DNA of 64,000 bases from an uncultured Archaeoglobaceae archaeon (GCA_965541645.1 CBEUCM010000004.1:767-64766), one strand, 5' to 3'; shown: positions 30,842 to 41,963, counted from the stretch's first letter. Numbers and translations are program-made. The notes: a model not told the origin generated them from the letters alone.

Positions 30842-30867
30842 ATGATTTATTATCTATAATAATTCAT
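30842..30867. promoter_or_regulatory. 26-bp imperfect palindrome, candidate transcription-factor operator
   Basis: ATGATTTATTAT-CT-ATAATAATTCAT (11 of 12 arm pairs) between divergent promoters. Confidence 0.55.
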
Positions 30868-30926
30868 ATTTGCTCTTGGCCGATAATCAACCCAAAGTTT
30901 ATATTCCGTTATTCAAACTGTTTACG

Positions 30927-31937
30927 ATGAAGATCAAGCTTGAGGAGCTTAGATTCGGAACAGAACTCATCAAAAGAGGTTTCGCCAAAATGCAGAAAGG
31001 CGGAGTTATAATGGATGTGACAAACGCAGAACAGGCGATCATTGCTGAAGAGGCTGGGGCAGTAGCTGTAATGGCCCTGCACAAGGTTCCTGCAGACATA
31101 AGGGCTGCTGGGGGAGTGGCGAGAATGGCAGATCCCAAGAAGATACAGGAGATCATCGACGCCGTGACAATCCCGGTTATGGCCAAATGCAGAATTGGAC
31201 ACATTGCTGAGGCGAGGGCTCTTGAAACCCTTGGGGTGGATATGATCGATGAGAGTGAGGTTTTAACCCCTGCAGATGTGTTCTTCCACATTGACAAGAG
31301 GAAGTTTGTCGTGCCCTTTGTTTGTGGTGCAAGGAGTCTTGGAGAGGCTGTAAGAAGGATATGGGAAGGTGCAGCGATGATAAGAACCAAGGGTGAGGCG
31401 GGGACTGGCAACGTTGTTGAGGCTGTGAAGCACATGAGGTTGATAAACAGGGCAATAGATGAGCTGCAGAGGCTGCCGGAGGAGAGCATATACGATGTTG
31501 CCGAGATATATGCGGCGAGGTATGCAGAGCTTGCAGCGATAGTTAAAGAAGAAATGGGGCTGGGAAGTGTTGGGAAAAACGACATCGTTTTTGAAACCTA
31601 CACGCTGAGGGAGATTATTGACGGCATCTATCAGGTGCTGCTGGAGATCAGAGAGATGGGAAGGCTGCCGGTTGTGAACTTTGCCGCTGGTGGAGTCGCA
31701 ACTCCCGCTGATGCGGCGATGATGATGCAGCTTGGTGCAGACGGTGTGTTTGTTGGATCGGGAATCTTCAAGTCCTCCAACCCGCCAGAATATGCGAAAG
31801 CCATTGTTGAGGCTGTGCAGCACTACGATGAGCCGGAAGTGATCGCTGAAGTCTCGAAGGGATTGGGAGAGGCGATGAAGGGACTTGATGTTTTCAAGCT
31901 TAGTGAAGAGGAGAGAATGCAGACAAGAGGTGTATGA
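30927..31937 (+). CDS. pdxS: PLP synthase lyase subunit
   Basis: [45 protein letters not shown]. Start placed at ATG 30927. Confidence 0.96.
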   Translation: MKIKLEELRFGTELIKRGFAKMQKGGVIMDVTNAEQAIIAEEAGAVAVMALHKVPADIRAAGGVARMADPKKIQEIIDAVTIPVMAKCRIGHIAEARALETLGVDMIDESEVLTPADVFFHIDKRKFVVPFVCGARSLGEAVRRIWEGAAMIRTKGEAGTGNVVEAVKHMRLINRAIDELQRLPEESIYDVAEIYAARYAELAAIVKEEMGLGSVGKNDIVFETYTLREIIDGIYQVLLEIREMGRLPVVNFAAGGVATPADAAMMMQLGADGVFVGSGIFKSSNPPEYAKAIVEAVQHYDEPEVIAEVSKGLGEAMKGLDVFKLSEEERMQTRGV

Positions 31938-32521
31938 GGGTAGCGGTAGTTGGCGTGCAGGGAGATGTTGAGGAGCACGTTATCGCAGCAAAGAGGGCGT
32001 TGAAAAACCTTGGAATTGAGGGAGAGGTAATTGCGACACGAAGGCGTGGTGTTGTTTCCAAAAGCGATGCAGTCATAATACCTGGTGGGGAAAGCACGAC
32101 GATCAGCAAACTCATTTTTTCAGACGGCATAGCAGATGAGATCCTCGAACTTGCTGAGAGCGGAAAACCGGTTATGGGTACATGTGCTGGATTGATTCTC
32201 CTCTCAAAGCACGGAGATGAGCAGGTTGAGAAGACAGGAACAAGGTTGCTTGGCCTGATGGACATATGGGTTAAGAGAAACGCATTTGGAAGGCAGAAGG
32301 ACAGCTTTCAGGTTGAGCTGGACATAAAGCACATTGGGAAGTTTAATGCAGTCTTTATCAGAGCACCGGCAATAGAGAGGGTTGGAAAAGATGTGGAGGT
32401 TATGGCAACCTTCCAGAACTACGTGGTTGCTGCAAGACAGGACAACGTTCTCGGTTTGGCCTTCCATCCTGAACTGACTAACGACACCAGAATTCACGAG
32501 TACTTTCTGAATGAACTCTAA
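31934..32521 (+). CDS. pdxT: PLP synthase glutaminase subunit
   Basis: [38 protein letters not shown]. Confidence 0.96.
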   Translation: MRVAVVGVQGDVEEHVIAAKRALKNLGIEGEVIATRRRGVVSKSDAVIIPGGESTTISKLIFSDGIADEILELAESGKPVMGTCAGLILLSKHGDEQVEKTGTRLLGLMDIWVKRNAFGRQKDSFQVELDIKHIGKFNAVFIRAPAIERVGKDVEVMATFQNYVVAARQDNVLGLAFHPELTNDTRIHEYFLNEL

Positions 32522-33389
32522 AATCCATGCCCTTCTTGCCCTCACGATGTTTATCTGGGCTGGATCCTTCATCTTCATCAAAGTTGGACTTAGGGAGCTT
32601 GACCCTTACAATCTGGCATTTTACAGGTTCCTGATCGCTTCACCCCTGATTTTTCTCTGGGTTTTTCTGAAGGGGAAGATAGTCCCACTCAGGTTGAGTG
32701 ACCTCCCCTATATTGCGGTTCTCGCTCTCTCTGGAGTGTCACTGCTCTACGTCTTTCAGTTTGTTGCTCTGGAGTACACAACTGCCACCAACGCAGCGAT
32801 CCTCATCAACACCTCGGCGCTGTTCGTTGCAGTTTGGGGCTTCATGAAAGGAGAAGCGAGTGTTAGAAAAATTGTAGGTGTACTAATCTCATTTGCAGGT
32901 GTAATTCTGATCGTATCGAAGGGCACATTGAACTTCTTCACCTCGAGAACGTTCTTGGGCGATGTTTTGATGATAGTGGATGGTGCGCTTTGGGCTGTTT
33001 ACACAGTTCTCGGTTCCAAGATGCTTTTGAAGTACGATCACGAAACGCTTACAGCATACTCCTTTGCTTTGGGAACTCTATTTTTAATTCCGTTTGTTCT
33101 GTGGACTGGAATCTCAAACATCGTTTTAGCAGGTCCTGAAACTGTGGTTGCGTTACTTTACCTCTCAGTTCTCTGCTCTGTCTTTGCATACGCTGTATGG
33201 TACTACGCCCTGTCGAACTCAGATTCAACCAGTGTGGCGGTTTACGTTTATCTTGTTCCGCTTTTCACGGCAATATTTGCATATTATGCCCTTGATGAGG
33301 TACCGGACATCTTCACGGCTGTTGGAGGGATGATTACAATTGCTGGTGTGTACCTGACGGTCTTCACTGGAGCTGAGCTTTCAAACTGA
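32511..33389 (+). CDS. EamA/DMT-family transporter
   Basis: Ten predicted TM helices in two EamA repeats. Confidence 0.88.
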   Translation: MNSKIHALLALTMFIWAGSFIFIKVGLRELDPYNLAFYRFLIASPLIFLWVFLKGKIVPLRLSDLPYIAVLALSGVSLLYVFQFVALEYTTATNAAILINTSALFVAVWGFMKGEASVRKIVGVLISFAGVILIVSKGTLNFFTSRTFLGDVLMIVDGALWAVYTVLGSKMLLKYDHETLTAYSFALGTLFLIPFVLWTGISNIVLAGPETVVALLYLSVLCSVFAYAVWYYALSNSDSTSVAVYVYLVPLFTAIFAYYALDEVPDIFTAVGGMITIAGVYLTVFTGAELSN

Positions 33390-33435
33390 CGGCACATCAA
33401 TAGTTTTATAAATCCTCAGCTTAAGCAAGTGATGC

Positions 33436-33819
33436 ATGGAGTTCAGGGTGGTTATTTCGGATCCAAAGACTGGAAAGGCCTACCAGAAGGTCGTTGAAGG
33501 GGCGAACGCGAATAGACTGCTCGGCAAGCAGATAGGCGACGTCATAAGCGGCACGATCGTTGAACTCCCACCAGACTACGAGCTGAAGATCACGGGAGGT
33601 ACGGACAAGGATGGTTTCCCGATGAGGCCAGATCTCCCGGGCACAGCGAGGAGGAGGCTCCTGCTTTCGGGGGGAGTGGGTTACAGGCCCAAGGAAAAGG
33701 GACTGAGAAAGAGGAAGGGTGTCAGAGGGAAGGTGATCTCAAAGGATATACTCCAGATTAACACCGTGGTTGTAAAGCACGGTAAGGTTCCCTTAGAGGA
33801 GATCTTCAAAAAGGATTGA
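33436..33819 (+). CDS. rps6e: 30S ribosomal protein S6e
   Basis: FRVVISDPKTG, ITGGTDKDGFPMR, GLRKRKGVRG. Confidence 0.96.
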   Translation: MEFRVVISDPKTGKAYQKVVEGANANRLLGKQIGDVISGTIVELPPDYELKITGGTDKDGFPMRPDLPGTARRRLLLSGGVGYRPKEKGLRKRKGVRGKVISKDILQINTVVVKHGKVPLEEIFKKD

Positions 33820-33820
33820 G

Positions 33821-34438
33821 ATGGGAATTCTTGAAGATAAGAAGAGGGCCAGAGTTTTTTACAAGTACTTTTCCAAAATCTACGATTACGTCAATCCCAT
33901 TTTCTATTCTGAGGAGATGAGAAGAAAAGTTGTTGATATGGCCGAACTCAAGAAAGGCGACTTAGTTGTGGAGGTCGGGTGCGGAACGGGTTTTACAACC
34001 CAGGAGATAGTGGAAAGGGTTGGTGAGAGAAACGTCTATGCGGTCGATTTGACACCCGAGCAGATGATGAAGGCCGTTGCCAGGTTTGGAGATGTTAACT
34101 TCGTTCGGGGAGATGCTGAGAACCTGCCATTCAGGGACTCGGTTTTCGATGCTGCAATTTCTGCGGGAAGTATCGAGTACTGGCCGAACCCACAGAGGGG
34201 AATTGAGGAGATGGCGAGGGTTACAAAGAGTGGGGGGAGAGTTGTTATACTTGCACCCAGAAAGCCAGACAACCCCCTTGTGAGGAAATTTGCCGAGAGC
34301 ATCATGCTTTTTCCATCAACCCAGCAGTGCGTTTCCTGGTTTTTGAACGCCGGGCTTGAGGACATACGGTACGTTGAAATGGGTCCCTACCGTTTTTGGA
34401 GCAAGCTTGTGGTGATAATAAGCGGCAGGGTACCGTGA
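33821..34438 (+). CDS. Class I SAM-dependent methyltransferase (UbiE/MenG-like)
   Basis: VVEVGCGTG, VDL, GDAENLPF, FD.AIS. Confidence 0.85.
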   Translation: MGILEDKKRARVFYKYFSKIYDYVNPIFYSEEMRRKVVDMAELKKGDLVVEVGCGTGFTTQEIVERVGERNVYAVDLTPEQMMKAVARFGDVNFVRGDAENLPFRDSVFDAAISAGSIEYWPNPQRGIEEMARVTKSGGRVVILAPRKPDNPLVRKFAESIMLFPSTQQCVSWFLNAGLEDIRYVEMGPYRFWSKLVVIISGRVP

Positions 34439-34469
34439 ACGTTTTTAATCCACTGTCAATTATCAGACT

Positions 34470-34868
34470 ATGGACAGGGTTCTCTACATCGGTCCAGTGG
34501 TTCTCGACGAACCGGAGGAATTTGAGTTAGCGGAGTTCACAAGGCAGGTTGTGGCGATGGAGGCGGAGAGACTGTACTACTCCAACGGCAGGATATACTT
34601 TATCGAGTACGACACCGTGCATGGGATTCTTGACGACAAGCTTGTTGTGGTTGAGCTGATCAACTACTCGTCATTTGCGAGCGTGGGCGAGTTCAGGAAC
34701 TGGGTTGTGTACTACGGTAACGATGATGTGGCCGAGTACGTTGACAAGATAAAGGATTTAAGGGGTGACATGACCATAATACCGGTTTTGAGAACGAGAG
34801 ACCGGTTTATAAGGAAAATTGAGGAGCTGATAGAGGAGGGGAGATTCAGAAGCTTTGTAGGTCGATAA
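34470..34868 (+). CDS. Hypothetical protein
   Basis: 132-aa ORF with its own TATA-like sequence; no family recognised. Confidence 0.65.
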   Translation: MDRVLYIGPVVLDEPEEFELAEFTRQVVAMEAERLYYSNGRIYFIEYDTVHGILDDKLVVVELINYSSFASVGEFRNWVVYYGNDDVAEYVDKIKDLRGDMTIIPVLRTRDRFIRKIEELIEEGRFRSFVGR

Positions 34869-35409
34869 AGTCTGAAACGGTCTTTGCCAGAACGTCAAAC
34901 TTCCCGAAGTAGAAGTGATCTGTGTTAATTTTTACGAGTTCCTTTGGTTGCGAAGCATCATCGTAAAGTTTCAGAGCCTCTGTGGGTGGCACTATCTGGT
35001 CTCTCATTGCGATGATGAAGAGCTTTGGCCTGCTGCAATCTCTGAAGTTTATGGAGTTTATCTGCGGTAACGGGGAGATGTAAACTGCGGCGTCGCAATA
35101 TTCGCAGACGTTGGAGGCAACGACACTTCCAAAGGAGTAACCCACCACGGTTATGTGTTCGTGCCTGTCCTTGAGGTAGCTGATACACTTTTTGGCGTCT
35201 TCAATTTCACCAATACCGCTTCTGAAGGGCTGTGCATAGTCGAATCTCAGAACCGACACGTTTTTTCGCAAAAGCTCGGAAGATATCTTCTCCAAGCGTA
35301 TGTCAAACCGGTCTCCTCCCATCAGCGGATGGGGCGGGCAGAGCAGTGCAACCTTCTCCCCCCTCACGTTGTAGGTAGCCCTTATGGAGTCGATTATTAT
35401 TTCAGCCAT
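34846..35409 (-). CDS. Alpha/beta hydrolase
   Basis: CPPHPLMGG, nucleophile elbow GYSFG, D.IV, DHFY. Confidence 0.85.
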   Translation of the reverse strand: MAEIIIDSIRATYNVRGEKVALLCPPHPLMGGDRFDIRLEKISSELLRKNVSVLRFDYAQPFRSGIGEIEDAKKCISYLKDRHEHITVVGYSFGSVVASNVCEYCDAAVYISPLPQINSINFRDCSRPKLFIIAMRDQIVPPTEALKLYDDASQPKELVKINTDHFYFGKFDVLAKTVSDFIDLQSF

Positions 35410-36313
35410 GTCTATCCCTTATCGCCTCAATTGCCTCCCTTATGGAATCGCCAACCCTTCCATCCATCCTTAGGGTTTCCAGATACTCCGCATCCTCCTC
35501 ACCACCAATCATCCCCAGCATCATCGCAGCATCCTCCCTGATCCTCTCGTCCTCGTGCATTAGAAGATCTCTTATGACGTCCTTAGCTCCAAGCAAGGAT
35601 TCCGGTTTTCTCTCGTTGAGTGATTCGATCGCTGCCATAGCCCCCAGCCTGACCATGAATTCAGGATGGGCCATGAGCATGGCCAACTCCTTTCCAACAC
35701 TTTTCACCATCCCGAACCTTATGACCTCCTCTATCTCCCCGTTCATCAGCTTCTCCAGCAGATATTCGTAGCTGTCACCTCTGATTGCGGCATCAATCCA
35801 TTTTCTTGCCTCTTCCTCATCCATGGCTCCTGTAAGTCTGAACTCGCCGATAATTGCGGTTGGAACACTGCATACGTTGTATCTTTCTACAAATTCAGGG
35901 AAGGCTGAGACGTCAACAACGTGGTGCTCCAGTCCATCCTTCACGGCAAGTTTGTTAATCGAGTCCACCGTTTTTCTGCAGTTGGGGCAGATTTTGGAGA
36001 CGAGGGTTACAACCTGTGTAGCCCTATCTCCCTCTCCGCAGCATCCTTCTGCTGCCAGTTTTACAGCATGTAAGAAGGATTCGAGTTCCGAATGCTGAGG
36101 CACGGCATGAAAGAATATCTTCGACTCCCCAACCCTTATTGCCGGCAGCTTCAGGTAGGGTTCAGGTTCGTCAACGAATTCTGCATGAACATGCTCGCTA
36201 ATCTCCGAAACCCTGCTGGCGAAGTCAAGCATCTCTCTGCTTTCATAAACTGTCAGCGTGACATCTTTTTCAAGGTCCTCAAGGAATTTTTTCACAAGTC
36301 CTACAGGCAACAT
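35402..36313 (-). CDS. Thioredoxin-fold protein with C-terminal HEAT-like repeats
   Basis: CPNC motif, SVPT cis-Pro loop; C-terminal VRLGA..AI and IREDAA..LG.IG repeats. Confidence 0.8.
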   Translation of the reverse strand: MLPVGLVKKFLEDLEKDVTLTVYESREMLDFASRVSEISEHVHAEFVDEPEPYLKLPAIRVGESKIFFHAVPQHSELESFLHAVKLAAEGCCGEGDRATQVVTLVSKICPNCRKTVDSINKLAVKDGLEHHVVDVSAFPEFVERYNVCSVPTAIIGEFRLTGAMDEEEARKWIDAAIRGDSYEYLLEKLMNGEIEEVIRFGMVKSVGKELAMLMAHPEFMVRLGAMAAIESLNERKPESLLGAKDVIRDLLMHEDERIREDAAMMLGMIGGEEDAEYLETLRMDGRVGDSIREAIEAIRDRHG

Positions 36314-36365
36314 TTGAAAAGGGTTGGGCGCAAAGTTTTAAGGTTTTTGTGTTTAACATTTCCCG

Positions 36366-38462
36366 ATGGGTATCAGCAGTCCAGAGCTTTGGACAGAGTT
36401 CTTCGAAAGGTACTACAGGGAGGAGGTAAACAAGCTTGCCTACAGGATAAAGTCTGGAGGAGACAGGAGAGCGGTTTATGTTGACTTTGTCCGGGATCTT
36501 ACAATTTTTCAGGAAGGCAAGCTGGGCGAGGAGCTGGTTGAGCATCCGGATGAGGTTCTGCTCCACGCTGAAAAGGGTTTGGCCAACGTCACCAACATCT
36601 ATGGCGTCTCTCTTGAAGGTTGCAAGCCCAGATTTTACAACCTCCCGACGGCCAGAAGGGTTCTGATAAGGGATTTGAGATCCCAGCATATCGGCAAGTT
36701 CGTTGCTGTGGAGGGGATAGTTAGGAAGGTCACTGAAGTGAGACCGAGGATAGTTGAGGCAGCCTTTGCCTGCACGAATTGCAGCAGCATCACGATGGTC
36801 CAGCAGGAGGATTCTCAGCTCAGGCAGCCCTTTGAGTGCAGCAGATGCAGCTCAAAGCGCCTCGTTTTTCTTCCTGATGCGAGCATTTCCATAGACAGCC
36901 AGAGGGTCAAGATTCAGGAGTACCCGGAGAACCTGAGGGGTGGGGAGCAGCCGCAGACCATAGATGTGATACTTGAAAGGGATCTGGCAGGAGAGGTGAA
37001 TCCTGGAGATAGGGTTGTGATCAATGGAATAATTAGGGCCAAGCCGAGAGGTTTGGGACAGAGAAAGCTGACCCACATGGATCTGTATCTTGAGGGCAAT
37101 TCCGTTGAAATTTTGCAGCAGGAGTACGAGGAGTTTGAGATTACGGAGGAAGACAGGGAAAAAATAATGCAGCTCGCAATGAGTGAGAATCTGTATGAGA
37201 AGATCGTAAAGTCCATAGCTCCGTCAATTTACGGTCATGAGGATGTTAAGCTTGCAATAGCCCTGCAGCTCTTCGGAGGGGTGCCCAAGAAGCTTCCAGA
37301 TGGAACTGAAATCAGGGGAGATATCCACATTCTGCTTGTCGGTGATCCGGGAGTGGCAAAGTCGCAGCTTTTGAGGTATGTGCACAGAATAGCTCCGAGA
37401 AGTGTTTACACAACTGGCAAGGGTACGACAACTGCTGGTCTTACAGCAACTGCCGTCAGAGATGAGGTGGATGGGAGATGGACACTTGAGGCAGGAGCTT
37501 TGGTTCTGGCCGATAAGGGCGTGGCCTTGGTTGATGAGATCGACAAGATGAGGAAGGAGGACCATTCAGCCCTGCACGAGGCTCTTGAGCAGCAGACGAT
37601 AAGCATTGCGAAGGCGGGAATCAACGCAATATTGAGGGCGAGATGCGCACTACTTGGTGCTGCCAACCCCAAGTATGGCAGGTTTGAGAAGTACACGCCC
37701 ATTGCGGAGCAGATAGAGATGTCCCCCACTCTGCTCTCAAGATTCGACCTGATCTTTGTCATGACCGACGAGCCGGATGAGGAGAAGGACAGAAGGCTTG
37801 TCAGTCACATCCTGAACTCCCACCAGTTTGGTGAGATGGCTGAAAGGATGAAGAACGTCTCTGCAGAGTACAGCGAGGAGGTTCTTAACGCCAAAGCTGT
37901 TAAAATAAAGCCAGAGATCGATCCAGATCTGCTGAGAAAGTACATCGCCTACGCCCGAAAGACAGTGTATCCTGTGCTTACCGATGAGGCGAAGAAGAGG
38001 ATAGAGGACTTCTATCTCTCGCTCAGGGCAAGGGCGAAGGAGGATTCACCAGTCCCGATAACTGCGAGACAGCTTGAGAGCATAGTGAGGCTGGCTGAGG
38101 CATCTGCAAGGCTCAGGTTGAGTGACAGGGTGGAGGTTGAAGATGTGGAGAGGGTCATAGGGATAATGGAGAGGAGCCTGATGCAGATTGCCGTTGATCC
38201 TGAAACGGGAGAGATGGACATAGATTTTGCCTTCACAGGCACATCGAAGAGGCAGAGGGACAGGATAATGATTGTGAAGAAGATCATTGAGAACCTGGAG
38301 GAGAACTACGAGTCTGGCGTTCCGGAGGAGGAGATAGTCTCCGAAGCTGTGAGGGAGGGCATTGAGAGGGACAAGGTGAAAGAGATCCTGCAGAAACTCA
38401 AGCAGCACGGGGAGATATACTCTCCAAAGTATGGACACTACAGACTCGTCCCGAGGTCCTGA
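36366..38462 (+). CDS. mcm: Replicative helicase MCM (no intein)
   Basis: Zn motif [27 protein letters not shown] arginine finger, C-terminal winged helix. Confidence 0.97.
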   Translation: MGISSPELWTEFFERYYREEVNKLAYRIKSGGDRRAVYVDFVRDLTIFQEGKLGEELVEHPDEVLLHAEKGLANVTNIYGVSLEGCKPRFYNLPTARRVLIRDLRSQHIGKFVAVEGIVRKVTEVRPRIVEAAFACTNCSSITMVQQEDSQLRQPFECSRCSSKRLVFLPDASISIDSQRVKIQEYPENLRGGEQPQTIDVILERDLAGEVNPGDRVVINGIIRAKPRGLGQRKLTHMDLYLEGNSVEILQQEYEEFEITEEDREKIMQLAMSENLYEKIVKSIAPSIYGHEDVKLAIALQLFGGVPKKLPDGTEIRGDIHILLVGDPGVAKSQLLRYVHRIAPRSVYTTGKGTTTAGLTATAVRDEVDGRWTLEAGALVLADKGVALVDEIDKMRKEDHSALHEALEQQTISIAKAGINAILRARCALLGAANPKYGRFEKYTPIAEQIEMSPTLLSRFDLIFVMTDEPDEEKDRRLVSHILNSHQFGEMAERMKNVSAEYSEEVLNAKAVKIKPEIDPDLLRKYIAYARKTVYPVLTDEAKKRIEDFYLSLRARAKEDSPVPITARQLESIVRLAEASARLRLSDRVEVEDVERVIGIMERSLMQIAVDPETGEMDIDFAFTGTSKRQRDRIMIVKKIIENLEENYESGVPEEEIVSEAVREGIERDKVKEILQKLKQHGEIYSPKYGHYRLVPRS

Positions 38463-38505
38463 GTGTAGGAAGAATTATAAATAAAAAGCTGGAAAAGTTA
38501 ACACG

Positions 38506-39213
38506 ATGAAAGTCAGGAAGACAGGTATACTGCCCCTTGACACTCAGCTTGGTGGGGGGATTCCTGCCGGCAGTGTGGTTCTGGTTCTTGAGGAACCTGG
38601 GGCAGGGGCGGATGTACTCTCCTACCACTTCGCAGTGGAGGGGGCGGTGAACGGGGAGACGGTGTTCTACTTGGCAACTGATGACACTGAAGAGGAGGTC
38701 AGGAGATATTTTGACCTCTACTTCAACATCGATGAGGCTGTTTGGGAGAACATCACGCTGGTAAGCCTGCCATCCACCTTTAGGGGTTATGGAGAGAAGG
38801 ATCCCAAGGACTTTCTGAAGAAAACGATGTACGATCCGATAAGTGGCTTGAAAACGATTCTGCGACATGAGGACTTTGACAGGGTCGTTATAAACAACCT
38901 GACCTACTTTGTGGCCAACTACCCCCTTGGGGATGTCCTTTCCCTGATTGAGACCTTTTCCAATCATGCCAGGGAGAAGGACTCGGTTTTCCTGATGCTG
39001 ATGACGAAGGGCATGTTTGATCTGAGAACAGAGACGACAATAAAGCACTATGCCGATGGGGTCATGGAGCTCACTTTAAAGGAGGTGGAGAACGAGGTGC
39101 AGAGGAGGCTGAAGGTGATCAAGTTTAAAGGCACACTCGTTCCGAAGGCGATACTGAGGTACGAGCTCACGGACAAAGGTATTAAAATGGAGTCCGTGAT
39201 GAGGGTACTCTGA
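38506..39213 (+). CDS. KaiC/RAD55-like protein with degenerate Walker A
   Basis: TGILPLD.QLGGGIPAGS, EEPGAGAD (no GKT), ADGVMEL, VIKFKG. Confidence 0.82.
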   Translation: MKVRKTGILPLDTQLGGGIPAGSVVLVLEEPGAGADVLSYHFAVEGAVNGETVFYLATDDTEEEVRRYFDLYFNIDEAVWENITLVSLPSTFRGYGEKDPKDFLKKTMYDPISGLKTILRHEDFDRVVINNLTYFVANYPLGDVLSLIETFSNHAREKDSVFLMLMTKGMFDLRTETTIKHYADGVMELTLKEVENEVQRRLKVIKFKGTLVPKAILRYELTDKGIKMESVMRVL

Positions 39214-39662
39214 TGATTGTGAAGTTCGGAGAGCTTCTGGTTGAGAACGTCTCCGAGTTTAGGGTTGACTTTGCGACCTTCATCGACAGCAGGTTCGTTG
39301 TGTCCCTGGACGTCGTTGAATTCGCAGCCAGGAAGGCGGTTGAAAACTGGAACAGAGGGAGAAGGATATCGAGATCGCTCGCCCTTGAAACACTCCTTCA
39401 CTATGCGGCGACGAGGCAGATCAAGGATGCCCTCAGGCTGGGTGTGAAGGAGGGTTACAACAGGGTTGCGGCAGTGATCTACGACGAGAGTCAGATGGAC
39501 ACTCTAAAATTCAGAGAGCTGGAGTTTGAACCGGATTACGATCTGCAGGCTGTTATGGAACATTACGAAATAACGAAGGAGGAAATTGAGATAGTGGGTT
39601 TGGAAAAGCTACCACTCCTCCTCAGGGAGAGGATAGCCCTGTTTTCGGCTTTTGGAGAGTAG
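39213..39662 (+). CDS. cgi121: KEOPS complex subunit Cgi121
   Basis: ISRSL.LE.LL.Y.AA.RQI.DAL.LG. Confidence 0.85.
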   Translation: MIVKFGELLVENVSEFRVDFATFIDSRFVVSLDVVEFAARKAVENWNRGRRISRSLALETLLHYAATRQIKDALRLGVKEGYNRVAAVIYDESQMDTLKFRELEFEPDYDLQAVMEHYEITKEEIEIVGLEKLPLLLRERIALFSAFGE

Positions 39663-39674
39663 TATGGTGGTAGC

Positions 39675-40517
39675 ATGGAAGGTACAGCGTATGCTGCAGG
39701 TACAGTCCTGAATGCCCTTGCCACGGGAGTGGGTTCGGCCTTCGCCATAGATCTCAGGACCTCTGTGAGGTTGAGGGAGGGAGATAGTGAGGATGTCAAA
39801 GTCATCGTGAACGGTGTGGAAAGGAAGAGCAACATTGCCCAGAGGATTCTGAGACAGGCTGGCTTTCAGGGTGTTGTTGTTGTGGAGAGTGAAATTCCGG
39901 GTGGATGTGGCCTGGGAAGCAGCAGCGCCTTCGTCAACGCACTACTTCTTGCTGTCAGGAAGTATATAGGATACGACCTCGATGCCGGGGAGATTCTGAG
40001 AACCAATGCGAGACTGTCTGTTGAGGCTGGGATAAGCTACACCGGTGCCTTTGATGATGCGTCAGCCTCCCTCTTGGGCGGATTTGTTGTATCTGAGAAC
40101 TACAGGATGAGACTCTATCGCAGAGATGAGCTTGAGGGTTATGCGGCGGTGCTGATTCCAAAGTTTGGTAGAGTTGAGGTGGACTGGGGGAAAATAAGGG
40201 CAGAGGCTGCGAAACTTAGCTCTGCGGTTGAGGCTGCGAAAAGTGGGGAGTACTGCAGAGCAATGATGGAGAACACGAAGTACTACTGTGGGGTGATGGG
40301 CTATCCGACCAGAATAGCTGAGAAGGGATGGACGCTTGGGATCTGCTGTGGTCTCTCAGGAAACGGCCCGTCTTACGTAGCTTTTGGAAGCAGAAGCGAG
40401 ATGAAGGCGATATCCAACCTGTGGGAGGACTACGGCAGCGTGGTGGTCAAAAAACTCGTTACAGATCCAGCGGAGAAAGTGGTGATCTCAGACGGGCTGT
40501 TCATAGATCCTTCATAG
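39675..40517 (+). CDS. aroK: Archaeal GHMP-type shikimate kinase
   Basis: AGTVLNALATG.GSA, P.G.GLGSSSA, TGAFDDA, GLSGNGPS. Confidence 0.92.
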   Translation: MEGTAYAAGTVLNALATGVGSAFAIDLRTSVRLREGDSEDVKVIVNGVERKSNIAQRILRQAGFQGVVVVESEIPGGCGLGSSSAFVNALLLAVRKYIGYDLDAGEILRTNARLSVEAGISYTGAFDDASASLLGGFVVSENYRMRLYRRDELEGYAAVLIPKFGRVEVDWGKIRAEAAKLSSAVEAAKSGEYCRAMMENTKYYCGVMGYPTRIAEKGWTLGICCGLSGNGPSYVAFGSRSEMKAISNLWEDYGSVVVKKLVTDPAEKVVISDGLFIDPS

Positions 40518-40967
40518 ATCTCTGACCATCCTGATCCACTTCCCCCACTCACCAGCTTCCTGAAAGCCGTGGTGGAGGTAGAACTTTCTCGCCTTGAAGT
40601 TTGTTCTGCCAACCCAGAGTTCTGCCCTCTTCCTCCCCCTCTCCATCGAGTAGGAAATTGCCTTCTCCAGTAAACTGCTGCCCACACCTCTCCCCCTATA
40701 CTCCGGTAGAACGAACAGCTCGTGAATCTCACCGACTCTCTGCCTCTCAAAGACGCTTATCCAGTTTGTATCGCATGCAACGAACCCCACTGCTTTATCA
40801 TCCACTGCGACAAAGAAACCATCACGGTCTCTGGAGAAGAGCCATTTGAAGTAGTTCTTCACGTCCCTCCTCTTGGTATAGGCGTACTCCTCAAGCCCCC
40901 TGTAGGCTTCTGTATAGACAGCCACAAAATCATCGATGTCCTCCCTTTTCACCCTCCTTATCTGCAC
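40512..40967 (-). CDS. GNAT acetyltransferase
   Basis: ELFVLPEYRGRGVG, N.KA..FY...GF. Confidence 0.88.
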   Translation of the reverse strand: MQIRRVKREDIDDFVAVYTEAYRGLEEYAYTKRRDVKNYFKWLFSRDRDGFFVAVDDKAVGFVACDTNWISVFERQRVGEIHELFVLPEYRGRGVGSSLLEKAISYSMERGRKRAELWVGRTNFKARKFYLHHGFQEAGEWGKWIRMVRDL

Positions 40968-41006
40968 GAACGGAGTTTTTATATTCGGCTTTTAAGATCT
41001 ACGTTT

Positions 41007-41963
41007 ATGCTCTTAAAAGAGCTGGTGGAGATCGAATCACAGAGCGGAAGGGAGGACAGGCTAAAAGCCTTTGTTTCCTCCTATCTTGAGGAGAGAGGGT
41101 ACAGCATAGTTGAGGGAAATTACTACGTTGCCACGAAGTGCAGATCAGACCTGATCGTAGCAACGCACCTCGACACTGTAGCTGTGAAGAGAAGGTTCAG
41201 CACGGATGGTGTTTATGCCTACGGCACAGGAGTGTGTGATGCAAAGGCCAGCATCGCTGCAATGCTCCAGGCGGCTGAAAAGGGCGTCCCCTACACTCTT
41301 GCTTTCTTCTGTGATGAGGAGGAGGGTGGAAAGGGTTCGGAGGAGTTTGCAGGTAGCTGGAAATGGGGCAGAATGGCAGTTGTGATGGAGCCTACGAACA
41401 TGGCCATCGCATCAAGGCACTACGGCAGCCTTGACCTGATGGTCGAGGTTCTGGGGAAGGAGAGTCACGGTTCAACGCCTGAAATGGGTGTGAACGCCAT
41501 AGAGAGGGCTTTTGAGCTGATTGAGAGGCTGAAAAATCTTCCCAAGTGTACAGCAACCCCACTCAAAATTGAGGGTGGAAGTGATGAGTACGTGATCCCC
41601 TCCAGATGCAGGGTGTGGCTCGACATCCTGCTTGAACCGGAAGTGAGAGTGGAGGAATTTTTGGGCAGGCTTGGCTTTATAGAAGACTACGGGAGCTTTA
41701 GGGTCGAGTTTGCATACAGCGGGTTTGAGAGCGGTGAAGTGGCACACTTTCTGGAGGAGGCTGTGAGAAGAGCGGGACTTGGGGTTAAGCACGCTGAAAT
41801 GAGGTCGTGGACCGATGCCCTAAATCTTGTCGGAAGGTTTGATTGTGTTGTATGGGGTCCGGGAGAGCTGCACCTCTGCCACACCTACGAAGAGAGGGTA
41901 AAACTCGAGGACATTGCTAAGGCACGCAGAGTTTTGATAGAGCTTGGCGAAATGCTTAAGTAG
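41007..41963 (+). CDS. M20/ArgE-DapE family metallopeptidase or deacylase
   Basis: THLDTV, YGTGVCDAK, DEEEG, MEP, HGS.P..G.NAI, WGPG...CH..EE. Start placed at ATG 41007. Confidence 0.88.
   Translation: MLLKELVEIESQSGREDRLKAFVSSYLEERGYSIVEGNYYVATKCRSDLIVATHLDTVAVKRRFSTDGVYAYGTGVCDAKASIAAMLQAAEKGVPYTLAFFCDEEEGGKGSEEFAGSWKWGRMAVVMEPTNMAIASRHYGSLDLMVEVLGKESHGSTPEMGVNAIERAFELIERLKNLPKCTATPLKIEGGSDEYVIPSRCRVWLDILLEPEVRVEEFLGRLGFIEDYGSFRVEFAYSGFESGEVAHFLEEAVRRAGLGVKHAEMRSWTDALNLVGRFDCVVWGPGELHLCHTYEERVKLEDIAKARRVLIELGEMLK

Noticed and set aside
30899-31585. 228-aa antisense ORF
   Set aside because: Shadow of pdxS.
31440-31660. About 40-aa insertion in PdxS
   Set aside because: In-frame helical insert of the kind I recall from longer euryarchaeal PdxS proteins; not treated as novel.
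40722-41006. N-terminal extension of the M20 ORF
   Set aside because: Overlaps the GNAT gene on the other strand; a TATA-like sequence precedes ATG 41007.
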